Below, piece by piece: positions 27,901 to 42,700 of a DNA stretch of 64,000 nt; the stretch's first letter is position 1; each line of letters starts with the position of its first letter. This stretch comes from the human T2T-CHM13v2.0 reference genome, Homo sapiens, in assembly GCF_009914755.1 (NCBI RefSeq), contig NC_060939.1; one strand, written 5' to 3'. The notes under the pieces are model-generated. The model ran no database searches, had not been told where the DNA came from, and saw only the letters and a program-made list of their open reading frames with translations. The position numbers were made by a program, and so were the translations under genes.

Positions 27901-30900
27901 TTATTCCATTACACTCCATTCCATTCTATTACTTTCATTTCCATTCAATTCCATTCCATTTGATTCCATTCCACTCGGTTTCATTCCATTTGAGTCCACT
28001 CCATTCCATTCCATTCCATTCCATTCAGTTCCATTCCATTCTGTTCCATTCCATTCCGTTCCATTACATTCCATTCCATTCGGTACCATTCCATATTGTT
28101 CCATTCGATTCCATTCGAATCCATTCCATTCCAGTCCATTCCATTCGATTCCATTCCATTCATTTCAATTCCATTCCATTCCATTCCATTCCATTCCACT
28201 TGATTCCTCTCCATTCCCTTCCACTGCATTCCGTTCGATTCCATTCCATTGCATTGCATTCCATTCCATTGGATTGCATTCCATTCGATTCCATTCCATT
28301 CGAATCAATTACATAGCAATCCATTACATTCGAGTCTATTCTATTCCGTTCCATTCGATTTCGTTCCAATCCATTCGATTCCATTCCATTCGATTCCATT
28401 CCATACTATTGCATTCCATTCGATTACATTATATTCGAATAAGTTCCATTCAAGACCATTTCTTTTGAGTCCATTCTATTTGAGTCCATTCCCTTTGATT
28501 CCATAACATTTGAGTCCATTCAATTCCATTCCTTTCGTTTCCATTCCATTTGAGGCCATTCCATTCAATTCTGTTCTACTCGACTCCAATACATTCAATT
28601 CCATTCCATCCGATTCCATTACATTCTTTTCATTTCTTATCCATTTCAAGCCATTCCACTCCATTCCATTCCACTCGTTTCCTTTCCAGTCGAGTCCATT
28701 CCTCTCCAGTCCATTCCGTTCAATCCATTCCATTCCAGTCCATTCCATTCGAGTCCGTTCCATTCCAGTCCATTCCATTCGAGTCAATTCCATCACATTC
28801 GATGTCTTTCCATAACGATCCATTCCATTCTATTCCTTTCGATTCCATTCCATTCTATTTCATTCCATTCGATTCCCTTCCATTGGACTCCTTTCCATTC
28901 GAGTGCATTCCATTCCGTTCCATTTCTTTCCGTTCTGTACGATTCCTACCGTTCGATTTCATTTTGTTCCAGTCCATTCCTTTCGCGTCCATTCCATTCC
29001 ATTTCACTCCATTCGATTCCATTCCACTCGATTCCACTTCGTTCCATTTCATTGCATTCCATTCTATTCAACTCTATTGCCTTCCATTCCATTCCATTCG
29101 ATTACATTCCATGCGATTCCATTCGAAATCGAATCAATTACATTGCAATCCATTACAATTGCGTCCGTTTTATTCCAGTCCACTGCATTCTGGTCCATTC
29201 CATTTGATTCCATTCCATTCTATTCCATTCCGTACAGTTGCATTCCTTTGGATTCCATGCTATATCTATAAATTCAATTCGAGACCATTGCTTTTGAGTC
29301 CATTCTATATGATTCCATTCCATTCAAGTCCATTGCATTTGGTTCAATTCCATTCCATTCCATTCCCTTCCATTCCATTCCAGTTGATATCAATCCATTC
29401 GATTCCATTCCATTCGAGCACATTCCATTCGAGTCCATTCCATTCGATGCCATTCCATTTGATTCTATTCCATTAGTCTCCATTCAATTCCATTAATCTC
29501 CATTCCATTCCATTCTACTCCAACTGATTCCATTCCATTCTATTCCTTTCCATTCCATTTCATTCCATTCCATTCCATTTCATTCCATTCCATTCCATTC
29601 GCTTCCATTCCATTCGTGTCCATTCCACTCCAATCCATTCCATGCGTGTCCATTCCATTCCAGTCCATTCCATTTGTGTCCACTGCATTCCATTCCACTC
29701 CATTCCATATTATTCCATTTCACTCCCTTCCATTCTATTACTTTCATTTCCGTTCAATTCCATTCCATTTGATTCCATTCCACTCGGTTTCATTCCATTT
29801 GAGTCCACTCCATTCCATTCCATTCCATTCCATTCAGTTCCATTCCATTCTGTTCCATTCCATTCCGTTCCATTGCATTCCATTCCATTCGGTACCATTC
29901 CATATTGTTCCATTCGATTCCATTCGAATCCATTCCATTCCAGTCCATTCCATTGGATTCCATTCCATTCCTTTCAATTCCATTCCATTCCATTCCATTC
30001 CACTTGATTCCACTCCATTCCCTTCCACTGCATTCCATTCGATTCCATTCCATTGCATTGCATTCCATTCCATTGGACTGCATTCCATTCGATTCCATTC
30101 CATTCGAATCAATTATATAGCAATCCATTACATTCGAGTCTATTCTATTCCGTTCCATTCGATTTCGTTCCAATCCATTCGATTCCATTCCATTCGATTC
30201 CATTCCATACTATTGCATTCCATTCGATTACATTATATTCGAATAAGTTCCATTCAAGACCATTTCTTTTGAGTCCATTCGATTTGAGTCCATTCCCTTT
30301 GATTCCATAACATTTGAGTCCATTCAATTCCATTCCTTTCGTTTCCATTCCATTTGATGCCATTCCATTCAATTCTGTTCTACTCGACTCCAATACATTC
30401 AATTCCATTCCATCCGATTCCATTACATTCTTTTCATTTCTTATCCATTTCAAGTCATTCCACTCCATTCCATTCCACTCGTTTCCTTTCCATTCGAGTC
30501 CATTCCTCTCCAGTCCATTCCGTTCAATCCATTCCATTCCAGTCCATTCCATTCCAGTCCGTTCCATTCCAGACCATTCCATTCGAGTCAATTCCATTCC
30601 ATTCGATGTCTTTCCATAACGATCCATTCCATTCTATTCCTTTCGATTCCATTCCATTCTATTTCATTCCATTCGATTCCCTTCCATTGGACTCCTTTCC
30701 ATTCGAGTGCATTCCATTCCTTTCCATTTCTTTCCGTTCTGTACGATTCCTACCGTTCGATTTCATTTTGTTCCAGTCCATTCCTTTCGCCTCCATTCCA
30801 TTCCATTTCACTCCATTCGATTCCATTCCACTCGATTCCACTTCGTTCCATTTCATTGCATTCCATTCTATTCAACTCTATTGCCTTCTATTCCATTCCA

Positions 30901-33900
30901 TTCGATTACATTCCATGCGATTCCATTCGAAATCGAATCAATTACATTGCAATCCATTACAATTGAGTCCGTTTTATTCCAGTCCACTGCATTCTGGTCC
31001 ATTCCATTTGATTCCATTCCATTCTATTCCATTCCATACAGTTGCATTCCTTTGGATTCCATGCTAGATATATAAATTCAATTCGAGACCATTGCTTTTG
31101 AGTCCATTCTATATGATTCCATTCCATTCAAGTCCATTACATTTGGTTCAATTCCATTCCATTCCATTCCCTTCCATTCCATTCCAGTTGATATCAATCC
31201 TTTCGATTCCATTCCATTCGAGCACATTCCATTCGAGTCCATTCCATTCGATGCCATTCCATTTGATTCTATTCCATTAGTCTCCATTCAATTCCATTAA
31301 TCTCCATTCCATTCCATTCTACTCCAACTGATTCCATTCCATTCTATTCCTTTCCATTCCATTTCATTCCATTCCATTCCATTTCATTTCCATTCCATTC
31401 CATTCGTGTCCATTCCACTCCAGTCCATTCCATTCGTGTCCATTCCATTCCAGTCCATTCCATTTGTGTCCACTGCATTCCATTCCACTCCATTCCATAT
31501 TATTCCATTACACTCCATTCCATTCTATTACTTTCATTTCCATTCAATTCCATTCCATTTGATTCCATTCCACTCGGTTTCATTCCATTTGAGTCCACTC
31601 CATTCCATTCCATTCCATTCCATTCCATTCAGTTCCATTCCATTCTGTTCCATTCCATTCCGTTCCATTACATTCCATTCCATTCGGTACCATTCCATAT
31701 TGTTCCATTCGATTCCATTCGAATCCATTCCATTCCAGTCCATTCCATTCGATTCCATTCCATTCATTTCAATTCCATTCCATTCCATTCCATTCCATTC
31801 CACTTGATTCCTCTCCATTCCCTTCCACTGCATTCCGTTCGATTCCATTCCATTGCATTGCATTCCATTCCATTGGATTGCATTCCATTCGATTCCATTC
31901 CATTCGAATCAATTACATAGCAATCCATTACATTCGAGTCTATTCTATTCCGTTCCATTCGATTTCGTTCCAATCCATTCGATTCCATTCCATTCGATTC
32001 CATTCCATACTATTGCATTCCATTCGATTACATTATATTCGAATAAGTTCCATTCAAGACCATTTCTTTTGAGTCCATTCTATTTGAGTCCATTCCCTTT
32101 GATTCCATAACATTCGACTCCATTCAATTCCATTCCTTTCGTTTCCATTCCATTTGAGGCCATTCCATTCAATTCTGTTCTACTCGACTCCAATACATTC
32201 AATTCCATTCCATCCGATTCCATTACATTCTTTTCATTTCTTATCCATTTCAAGCCATTCCACTCCATTCCATTCCACTCGTTTCCTTTCCAGTCGAGTC
32301 CATTCCTCTCCAGTCCATTCCGTTCTATCCATTCCATTCCAGTCCATTCCATTCGAGTCCGTTCCATTCCAGTCCATTCCATTCGAGTCAATTCCATCAC
32401 ATTCGATGTCTTTCCATAACGATCCATTCCATTCTATTCCTTTCGATTCCATTCCATTCTATTTCATTCCATTCGATTCCCTTCCATTGGACTCCTTTCC
32501 ATTCGAGTGCATTCCATTCCGTTCCATTTCTTTCCGTTCTGTACGATTCCTACCGTTCGATTTCATTTTGTTCCAGTCCATTCCTTTCGCGTCCATTCCA
32601 TTCCATTTCACTCCATTCGATTCCATTCCACTCGATTCCACTTCGTTCCATTTCATTGCATTCCATTCTATTCAACTCTATTGCCTTCCATTCCATTCCA
32701 TTCGATTACATTCCATGCGATTCCATTCGAAATCGAATCAATTACATTGCAATCCATTACAATTGCGTCCGTTTTATTCCAGTCCACTGCATTCTGGTCC
32801 ATTCCATTTGATTCCATTCCATTCTATTCCATTCCGTACAGTTGCATTCCTTTGGATTCCATGCTATATCTATAAATTCAATTCGAGACCATTGCTTTTG
32901 AGTCCATTCTATATGATTCCATTCCATTCAAGTCCATTGCATTTGGTTCAATTCCATTCCATTCCATTCCCTTCCATTCCATTCCAGTTGATATCAATCC
33001 ATTCGATTCCATTCCATTCGAGCACATTCCATTCGAGTCCATTCCATTCGATGCCATTCCATTTGATTCTATTCCATTAGTCTCCATTCAATTCCATTAA
33101 TCTCCATTCCATTCCATTCTACTCCAACTGATTCCATTCCATTCTATTCCTTTCCATTCCATTTCATTCCATTCCATTCCATTTCATTCCATTCCATTCC
33201 ATTCGCTTCCATTCCATTCGTGTCCATTCCACTCCAATCCATTCCATTCGTGTCCATTCCATTCCAGTCCATTCCATTTGTGTCCACTGCATTCCATTCC
33301 ACTCCATTCCATATTATTCCATTTCACTTCCTTCCATTCTATTACTTTCATTTCCATTCAATTCCATTCCATTTGATTCCATTCCACTCGGTTTCATTTT
33401 ATTTGAGTCCACTCCATTCCATTCCATTCCATTCCATTCAGTTCCATTCCATTCTGTTCCATTCCATTCCGTTCCATTGCATTCCATTCCATTCGGTACC
33501 ATTCCATATTGTTCCATTTGATTCCATTCGAATCCATTCCATTCCAGTCCATTCCATTCGATTACATTCCATTCCTTTCAATTCCATTCCATTCCATTCC
33601 ATTCCACTTGATTCCACTCCATTCCCTTCCACTGCATTCCATTCGATTCCATTCCATTGCATTGCATTCCATTCCATTGGACTGCATTCCATTCGATTCC
33701 ATTCCATTCGAATCAATTACATAGCAATCCATTACATTCGAGTCTATTCTATTCCGTTCCATTCGATTTCGTTCCAATCCATTCGATTCCATTCCATTCG
33801 ATTCCATTCCATACTATTGCATTCCATTCGATTACATTATATTCGAATAAGTTCCATTCAAGACCATTTCTTTTGAGTCCATTCGATTTGAGTCCATTCC

Positions 33901-35726
33901 CTTTGATTCCATAACATTTGAGTCCATTCAATTCCATTCCTTTCGTTTCCATTCCATTTGATGCCATTCCATTCAATTCTGTTCTACTCGACTCCAATAC
34001 ATTCAATTCCATTCCATCCGATTCCATTACATTCTTTTCATTTCTTATCCATTTCAAGTCATTCCACTCCATTCCATTCCACTCGTTTCCTTTCCATTCG
34101 AGTCCATTCCTCTCCAGTCCATTCCGTTCAATCCATTCCATTCCAGTCCATTCCATTCCAGTCCGTTCCATTCCAGACCATTCCATTCGAGTCAATTCCT
34201 TTCCATTCGATGTCTTTCCATAACGATCCATTCCATTCTATTCCTTTCGATTCCATTCCATTCTATTTCATTCCATTCGATTCCCTTCCATTGGACTCCT
34301 TTCCATTCGAGTGCATTCCATTCCGTTCCATTTCTTTCCGTTCTGTACGATTCCTACCGTTCGATTTCATTTTGTTCCAGTCCATTCCTTTCGCCTCCAT
34401 TCCATTCCATTTCACTCCATTCGATTCCATTCCACTCGATTCCACTTCGTTCCATTTCATTGCATTCCATTCTATTCAACTCTATTGCCTTCCATTCCAT
34501 TCCATTCGATTACATTCCATGCGATTCCATTCGAAATCGAATCAATTACATTGCAATCCATTACAATTGAGTCCGTTTTATTCCAGTCCACTGCATTCTG
34601 GTCCATTCCATTTGATTCCATTCCATTCTATTCCATTCCATACAGTTGCATTCCTTTGGATTCCATGCTATATATATAAATTCAATTCGAGACCATTGCT
34701 TTTGAGTCCATTCTATATGATTCCATTCCATTCAAGTCCATTACATTTGGTTCAATTCCATTCCATTCCATTCCCTTCCATTCCATTCCAGTTGATATCA
34801 ATCCATTCGATTCCATTCCATTCGAGCACATTCCATTCGAGTCCATTCCATTCGATGCCATTCCATTTGATTCTATTCCATTAGTCTCCATTCAATTCCA
34901 TTAATTTCCATTCCATTCCATTCTACTCCAACTGATTCCATTCCATTCTATTCCTTTCCATTCCATTTCATTCCATTCCATTCCATTCGTGTCCATTCCA
35001 CTCCAGTCCATTCCATTCGTGTCCATTCCATTCCAGTCCATTCCATTTGTGTCCACTGCATTCCATTCCACTCCATTCCATATTATTCCATTACACTCCA
35101 TTCCATTCTATTACTTTCATTTCCATTCAATTCCATTCCATTTGATTCCATTCCACTCGGTTTCATTCCATTTGAGTCCACTCCATTCCATTCCATTCCA
35201 TTCCATTCAGTTCCATTCCATTCTGTTCCATTCCATTCCGTTCCATTGCATTCCATTCCATTCGGTACCATTCCGTATTGTTCCATTTGATTCCATTCGA
35301 ATCCATTCCATTCCAGTCTATTCCATTCGATTCCATTCCATTCCTTTCAATTCCATTCCATTCCATTCCATTCCACTTGATTCCACTCCATTCCCTTCCA
35401 CTGCATTCCATTCGATTCCATTCCATTGCATTGCATTCCATTCCATTGGACTGCATTCCATTCGATTCCATTCCATGCGAATCAATTACATAGCAATCCA
35501 TTACATTCGAGTCTATTCTATTCCGTTCCATTCGATTTCGTTCCAATCCATTCGATTCCATTCCATTCGATTCCATTCCATACTATTGCATTCCATTCTA
35601 TTACATTATATTCGAATAAGTTCCATTCAAGCCCATTTCTTTTGAGTCCATTCTATTTGAGTCCATTCCCTTTGATTCCATAACATTTGAGTCCATTCAA
35701 TTCCATTCCTTTCGTTTCCATTCCAT
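24952..35726 (+). repeat. Three copies of a second-lineage ~3.6-kb dimer, marked by GAGGCC and CCAGACC variants
   Basis: GGCC at 24956, 28554 and 32158 (spacings 3598, 3604). Also ttgcgtcc (~25561/29159/32763), ccagacc (~26971/30569/34173), ttcaagtcat (~26851/30449/34053) and tcgcctcc (~27189/30787/34391). Confidence 0.9.
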
Positions 35727-36799
35727 TTGATGCCATTCCATTCAATTCTGTTCTACTCGACTCCAATACATTCAATTCCATTCCATCCGATTCCATTACA
35801 TTCTTTTCATTTCTTATCCATTTCAAGCCATTCCACTCCATTCCATTCCACTCGTTTCCTTTCCATTCGAGTCCATTCCTCTCCAGTCCATTCCGTTCAA
35901 TCCATTCCATTCCAGTCCATTCCATTCGAGTCCGTTCCATTCCAGTCCATTCCATTCGTGTCAATTCCATTCCATTCGATGTCTTTCCATAACGATCCAT
36001 TCCATTCTATTCCTTTCGATTCCATTCCATTCTATTTCATTCCATTCGATTCCCTTCCATTGGACTCCTTTCCATTCGAGTGCATTCCATTCCGTTCCAT
36101 TTCTTTCCGTTCTGTACGATTCCTACCGTTCGATTTCATTTTGTTCCAGTCCATTCCTTTCGCGTCCATTCCATTCCATTTCACTCCATTCGATTCCATT
36201 CCACTCGATTCCACTTCGTTCCATTTCATTGCATTCCATTCTATTCAACTCTATTGCCTTCCATTCCATTCCATTCGATTACATTCCATGGGATTCCATT
36301 CGAAATCGAATCAATTACATTGCAATCCATTACTATTGAGTCCGTTTTATTCCAGTCCACTGCATTCTGGTCCATTCCATTTGATTCCATTCCATTCTAT
36401 TCCATTCCATACAGTTGCATTCCATTGGATTCCATGCTATATCTCTAAATTCAATTCGAGACCATTGCTTTTGAGTCCATTCTATATGTTTCCATCCCAT
36501 TCAAGTCCATTACTTTTGGTTCAATTCCATTCCATTCCATTCCCTTCCATTCCATTCCAGTTGATATCAATCCATTCGATTCCATTCCATTCGAGCACAT
36601 TCCATTCGAGTCCATTCCATTCGATGCCATTCCATTTGATTCTATTCCATTAGTCTCCATTCAATTCCATTAATCTCCATTCCATTCCATTCTACTCCAA
36701 CTGATTCCATTCCATTCTATTCCTTTCCATTCCATTTCATTCCATTCCATTCCATTTCATTCCATTCCATTCCATTCGTGTCCATTCCACTCCAGTCCA

Positions 36800-39700
36800 T
36801 TCCATTCGTGTCCATTCCATTCCAGTCCATTCCATTTGTGTCCACTGCATTCCATTCCACTCCATTCCATATTATTCCATTACACTCCATTCCATTCTAT
36901 TACTTTCATTTCCATTCAATTCCATTCCATTTGATTCCATTCCACTCGGTTTCATTCCATTTGAGTCCACTCCATTCCATTCCATTCCATTCAGTTCCAT
37001 TACATTCCATTCCATTCGGTACCATTCCATATTGTTCCATTCGATTCCATTCGAATCCATTCCATTCCAGTCCATTCCATTCGATTCCATTCCATTCATT
37101 TCAATTCCATTCCATTCCATTCCATTACATTCCACTTGATTCCTCTCCATTCCCTTCCACTGCATTCCGTTCGATTCCATTCCATTGCATTGCATTCCAT
37201 TCCATTGGATTGCATTCCATTCGATTCCATTCCATTCGAATCAATTACATAGCAATCCATTACATTCGAGTCTATTCTATTCCGTTCCATTCGATTTTGT
37301 TCCAATCCATTCGATTCCATTCCATTCGATTCCATTCCATACTATTGCATTCCATTCGATTACATTATATTCGAATAAGTTCCATTCAAGACCATTTCTT
37401 TTGAGTCCATTCGATTTGAGTCCATTCCCTTTGATTCCATAACATTTGAGTCCATTCAATTCCATTCCTTTCGTTTCCATTCCATTTGATGCCATTCCAT
37501 TCAATTCTGTTCTACTCGACTCCAATACATTCAATTCCATTCCATCCGATTCCATTACATTCTTTTCATTTCTTATCCATTTCAAGCCATTCCACTCCAT
37601 TCCATTCCACTCGTTTCCTTTCCATTCGAGTCCATTCCTCTCCAGTCCATTCCGTTCAATCCATTCCATTCCAGTCCATTCCATTCGAGTCCGTTCCATT
37701 CCAGTCCATTCCATTCGAGTCAATTCCATTCCATTCGATGTCTTTCCATAACGATCCATTCCATTCTATTCCTTTCGATTCCATTCCATTCTCTTTCATT
37801 CCATTCGATTCCCTTCCATTGGACTCCTTTCCATTCGAGTGCATTCCATTCCGTTCCATTTCTTTCCGTTCTGTACGATTCCTACCGTTCGATTTCATTT
37901 TGTTCCAGTCCATTCCTTTCGCGTCCATTCCATTCCATTTCACTCCATTCGATTCCATTCCACTCGATTCCACTTTGTTCCATTTCATTGCATTCCATTC
38001 TATTCAACTCTATTGCCTTCCTTTCCATTCCATTCGATTACATTCCATGCGATTCCATTCGAAATCGAATCAATTACATTGCAATCCATTACTATTGAGT
38101 CCGTTTTATTCCAGTCCACTGCATTCTGGTCCATTCCATTTGATTCCATTCCATTCTATTCCATTCCATACAGTTGCATTCCATTGGATTCCATTCTATA
38201 TCTATAAATTCAATTCGAGACCATTGCTTTTGAGTCCATTCTATATGTTTCCATTCCATTCAAGTCCATTACATTTGGTTCAATTCCATTCCATTCCATT
38301 CCCTTCCATTCCATTCCAGTTGATATCAATCCATTCGATTCCATTCCATTCGAGCACATTCCATTCGAGTCCATTCCATTCGATGCCATTCCATTTGATT
38401 CTATTCCATTAGTCTCCATTCAATTCCATTAATCTCCATTCCATTCCATTCTACTCCAACTGATTCCATTCCATTCTATTCCTTTCCATTCCATTTCATT
38501 CCATTCCATTCCATTTCATTCCATTCCATTCGTGTCCATTCCACTCCAGTCCATTCCATTCGTGTCCATTCCATTCCAGTCCATTCCTTTTGTGTCCACT
38601 GCATTCCATTCCACTCCATTCCATATTATTCCATTACACTCCATTCCATTCTATTACTTTCATTTCCATTCAATTCCATTCCATTTGATTCCATTCCACT
38701 CGGTTTCATTCCATTTGAGTCCACTCCATTCCATTCCATTCCATTCCATTCAGTTCCATTCCATTCTGTTCCATTCCATTCCGTTCCATTCGGTACCATT
38801 CCATAGTATTCCATTCGATTCCATTCGAATCCATTCTATTCCAGTCCTTTCCATTCGATTCCATTCCATTCATTTCAATTCCATTCCATTCCATTCCATT
38901 CCATTCCACTTGATTCCTCTCCATTCCCTTCCACTGCATTCCGTTCGATTCCATTCCATTGCCTTGCATTCCATTCCATTGGATTGCATTCCATTCGATT
39001 CCATTCCATTCGAATCAATTACATAGCAATCCATTACATTCGAGTCTATTCTCTTCCGTTCCATTCGATTTCGTTCCAATCCATTCGATTCCATTCCATT
39101 CGATTCCATTCCATACTATTGCATTCCATTCGATTACATTATATTCGAATAAGTTCCATTCAAGACCATTTCTTTTGAGTCCATTCTATTTGAGTCCATT
39201 CCCTTTGATTCCATAACATTTGAGTCCATTCAATTCCATTCCTTTCGTTTCCATTCCATTTGATGCCATTCCATTCAATTCTGTTCTACTCGACTCCAAT
39301 ACATTCAATTCCATTCCATCCGATTCCATTACATTCTTTTCATTTCTTATCCATTTCAAGCCATTCCACTCCATTCCATTCCACTCGTTTCCTTTCCATT
39401 CGAGTCCATTCCTCTCCAGTCCATTCCGTTCAATCCATTCCATTCCAGTCCATTCCATTCGTGTCCGTTCCATTCCAGTCCATTCCATTCGAGTCAATTC
39501 CATTCCATTCGATGTCTTTCCATAACGATCCATTCCATTCTATTCCTTTCGATTCCATTCCATTCTATTTCATTCCATTCGATTCCCTTCCATTGGACTC
39601 CTTTCCATTCGAGTGCATTCCATTCCTTTCCATTTCTTTCCGTTCTGTACGATTCCTACCGTTCGATTTCATTTTGTTCCAGTCCATTCCTTTCGCGTCC

Positions 39701-42700
39701 ATTCCATTCCATTTCACTCCATTCGATTCCATTCCACTCGATTCCACTTCGTTCCATTTCATTGCATTCCATTCTATTCAACTCTATTGCCTTCCATTCC
39801 ATTCCATTCGATTACATTCCATGCGATTCCATTCGAAATCGAATCAATTACATTGCAATCCATTACTATTGAGTCCATTTTATTCCAGTCCACTGCATTC
39901 TGGTCCATTCCATTTGATTCCATTCCATTCTATTCCATTCCATACAGTTGCATTCCATTGGATTCCATTCTATATCTATAAATTCAATTCGAGACCATTG
40001 CTTTTGAATCCATTCCATATGATTCCATTCCATTCAAGTCCATTACATTTGATTCAATTCCATTCCATTCCATTCCCTTCCATTCCATTCCAGTTGATAT
40101 CAATCCATTCGATTCCATTCCATTCGAGCACATTCCATTTGAGTCCATTCCATTCGATGCCATTTCATTTGATTCTATTCCATTAGTCTCCATTCAATTC
40201 CATTAATCTCCATTCCATTCCATTCTACTCCAACTGATTCCATTCCATTCTATTCCTTTCCATTCCATTTCATTCCATTCCATTCCATTTCATTCCATTC
40301 CATTCCATTCGCTTCCATTCCATTCGTGTCCATTCCACTCCAGTCCATTCCATTCGTGTCCATTCCATTCCAGTCCATTCCATTTGTGTCCACTGCGTTC
40401 CATTCCACTCCATTCCATATTATTCCATTACACTCCATTCCATTCTATTACTTTCATTTCCATTCAATTCCATTCCATTTGATTCCATTCCACTCGGTTT
40501 CATTCCATTTGAGTCCACTCCATTCCATTCCATTCCATTCCATTCAGTTCCATTCCATTCCGTTCCATTCCATTCCGTTCCATTGCATTTCATTCCATTC
40601 GGTACCATTCCATATTGTTCCATTCGATTCCATTCGAATCCATTCCATTCCAGTCCATTCCATTCGATTCCATTCCATTCCTTTCAATTCCATTCCATTC
40701 CATTCCATTCCACTTGATTCCACTCCATTCCCTTCCACTGCATTCCATTCGATTCCATTCCATTGCATTGCATTCCATTCCATTGGACTGCATTCCATTC
40801 GATTCCATTCCATTCGAATCAATTACATAGCAATCCATTACATTCGAGTCTATTCTATTCCGTTCCATTCGATTTCGTTCCAATCCATTCGATTCCATTC
40901 CATTCGATTCCATTCCATACTATTGCATTCCATTCGATTACATTATATTCGAATAAGTTCCATTCAAGACCATTTCTTTTGAGTCCATTCTATTTGAGTC
41001 CATTCCCTTTGATTCCATAACATTTGAGTCCATTCAATTCCATTCCTTTCGTTTCCATTCCATTTGATGCCATTCCATTCAATTCTGTTCTACTCGACTC
41101 CAATACATTCAATTCCATTCCATCCGATTCCATTACATTCTTTTCATTTCTTATCCATTTCAAGCCATTCCACTCCATTCCATTCCACTCGTTTCCTTTC
41201 CATTCGAGTCCATTCCTCTCCAGTCCATTCCGTTCAATCCATTCCATTCCAGTCCATTCCATACGAGTCCGTTCCATTCCAGTCCATTCCATTCGAGTCA
41301 ATTCCATTCCATTCGATGTCTTTCCATAACGATCCATTCCATTCTATTCCTTTCGATTCCATTCCATTCTATTTCATTCCATTCGATTCCCTTCCATTGG
41401 ACTCCTTTCCATTCGAGTGCATTCCATTCCTTTCCATTTCTTTCCGTTCTGTACGATTCCTACCGTTCGATTTCATTTTGTTCCAGTCTATTCCTTTCGC
41501 GTCCATTCCATTCCATTTCACTCCATTCGATTCCATTCCACTCGATTCCACTTCGTTCCATTTCATTGCATTCCATTCTATTCAACTCTATTGCCTTCCA
41601 TTCCATTCCATTCGATTACATTCCATGCGATTCCATTCGAAATCGAATCAATTACATTGCAATCCATTACTATTGAGTCCGTTTTATTCCAGTCCACTGC
41701 ATTCTGGTCCATTCCATTTGATTCCATTCCATTCTATTCCATTCCATACAGTTGCATTCCATTGGATTCCATGCTATATCTATAAATTCAATTCGAGACC
41801 ATTGCTTTTGAGTCCATTCTATATGATTCCATTCCATTCAAGTCCATTACATTTGGTTCAATTCCATTCCATTCCATTCCCTTCCATTCCATTCCAGTTG
41901 ATATCAATCCATTCGATTCCATTCCATTCGAGCACATTCCATTCGAGTCCATTCCATTCGATGCCATTCCATTTGATTCTATTCCATTAGTCTCCATTCA
42001 ATTCCATTAATCTCCATTCCATTCCATTCTACTCCAACTGATTCCATTCCATTCTATTCCTTTCCATTCCATTTCATTCCATTCCATTCCATTTCATTCC
42101 ATTCCATTCCATTCGCTTCCATTCCATTCGCTTCCATTCCATTCGTGTCCATTCCACTCCAGTCCATTCCATTCGTGTCCATTCCATTCCAGTCCATTCC
42201 ATTTGTGTCCACTGCATTCCATTCCACTCCATTCCATATTATTCCATTACACTCCATTCCATTCTATTACTTTCATTTCCATTCAATTCCATTCCATTTG
42301 ATTCCATTCCACTCGGTTTCATTCCATTTGAGTCCACTCCATTCCATTCCATTCCATTCCATTCAGTTCCATTCCATTCTGTTCCATTCCATTCCGTTCC
42401 ATTGCATTCCATTCCATTCGGTACCATTCCATATTGTTCCATTCGATTCCATTCGAATCCATTCCATTCCAGTCCATTCCATTCGATTCCATTCCATTCC
42501 TTTCATTTCCATTCCATTCCATTCCATTCCACTTGATTCCACTCCATTCCCTTCCACTGCATTCCATTCGATTCCATTCCATTGCATTGCATTCCATTCC
42601 ATTGGACTGCATTCCATTCGATTCCATTCCATTCGAATCAATTACATAGCAATCCATTACATTCGAGTCTATTCTATTCCGTTCCATTCGATTTCGTTCC

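Noticed and set aside
3409-35726. Assignment to Y-linked DYZ1 because of ~3.6-kb periodicity
   Set aside because: The basic unit is clearly ~1.8 kb with near-identical neighbours and one KpnI site each. The 3.6-kb period is only a secondary pattern of a few variants.
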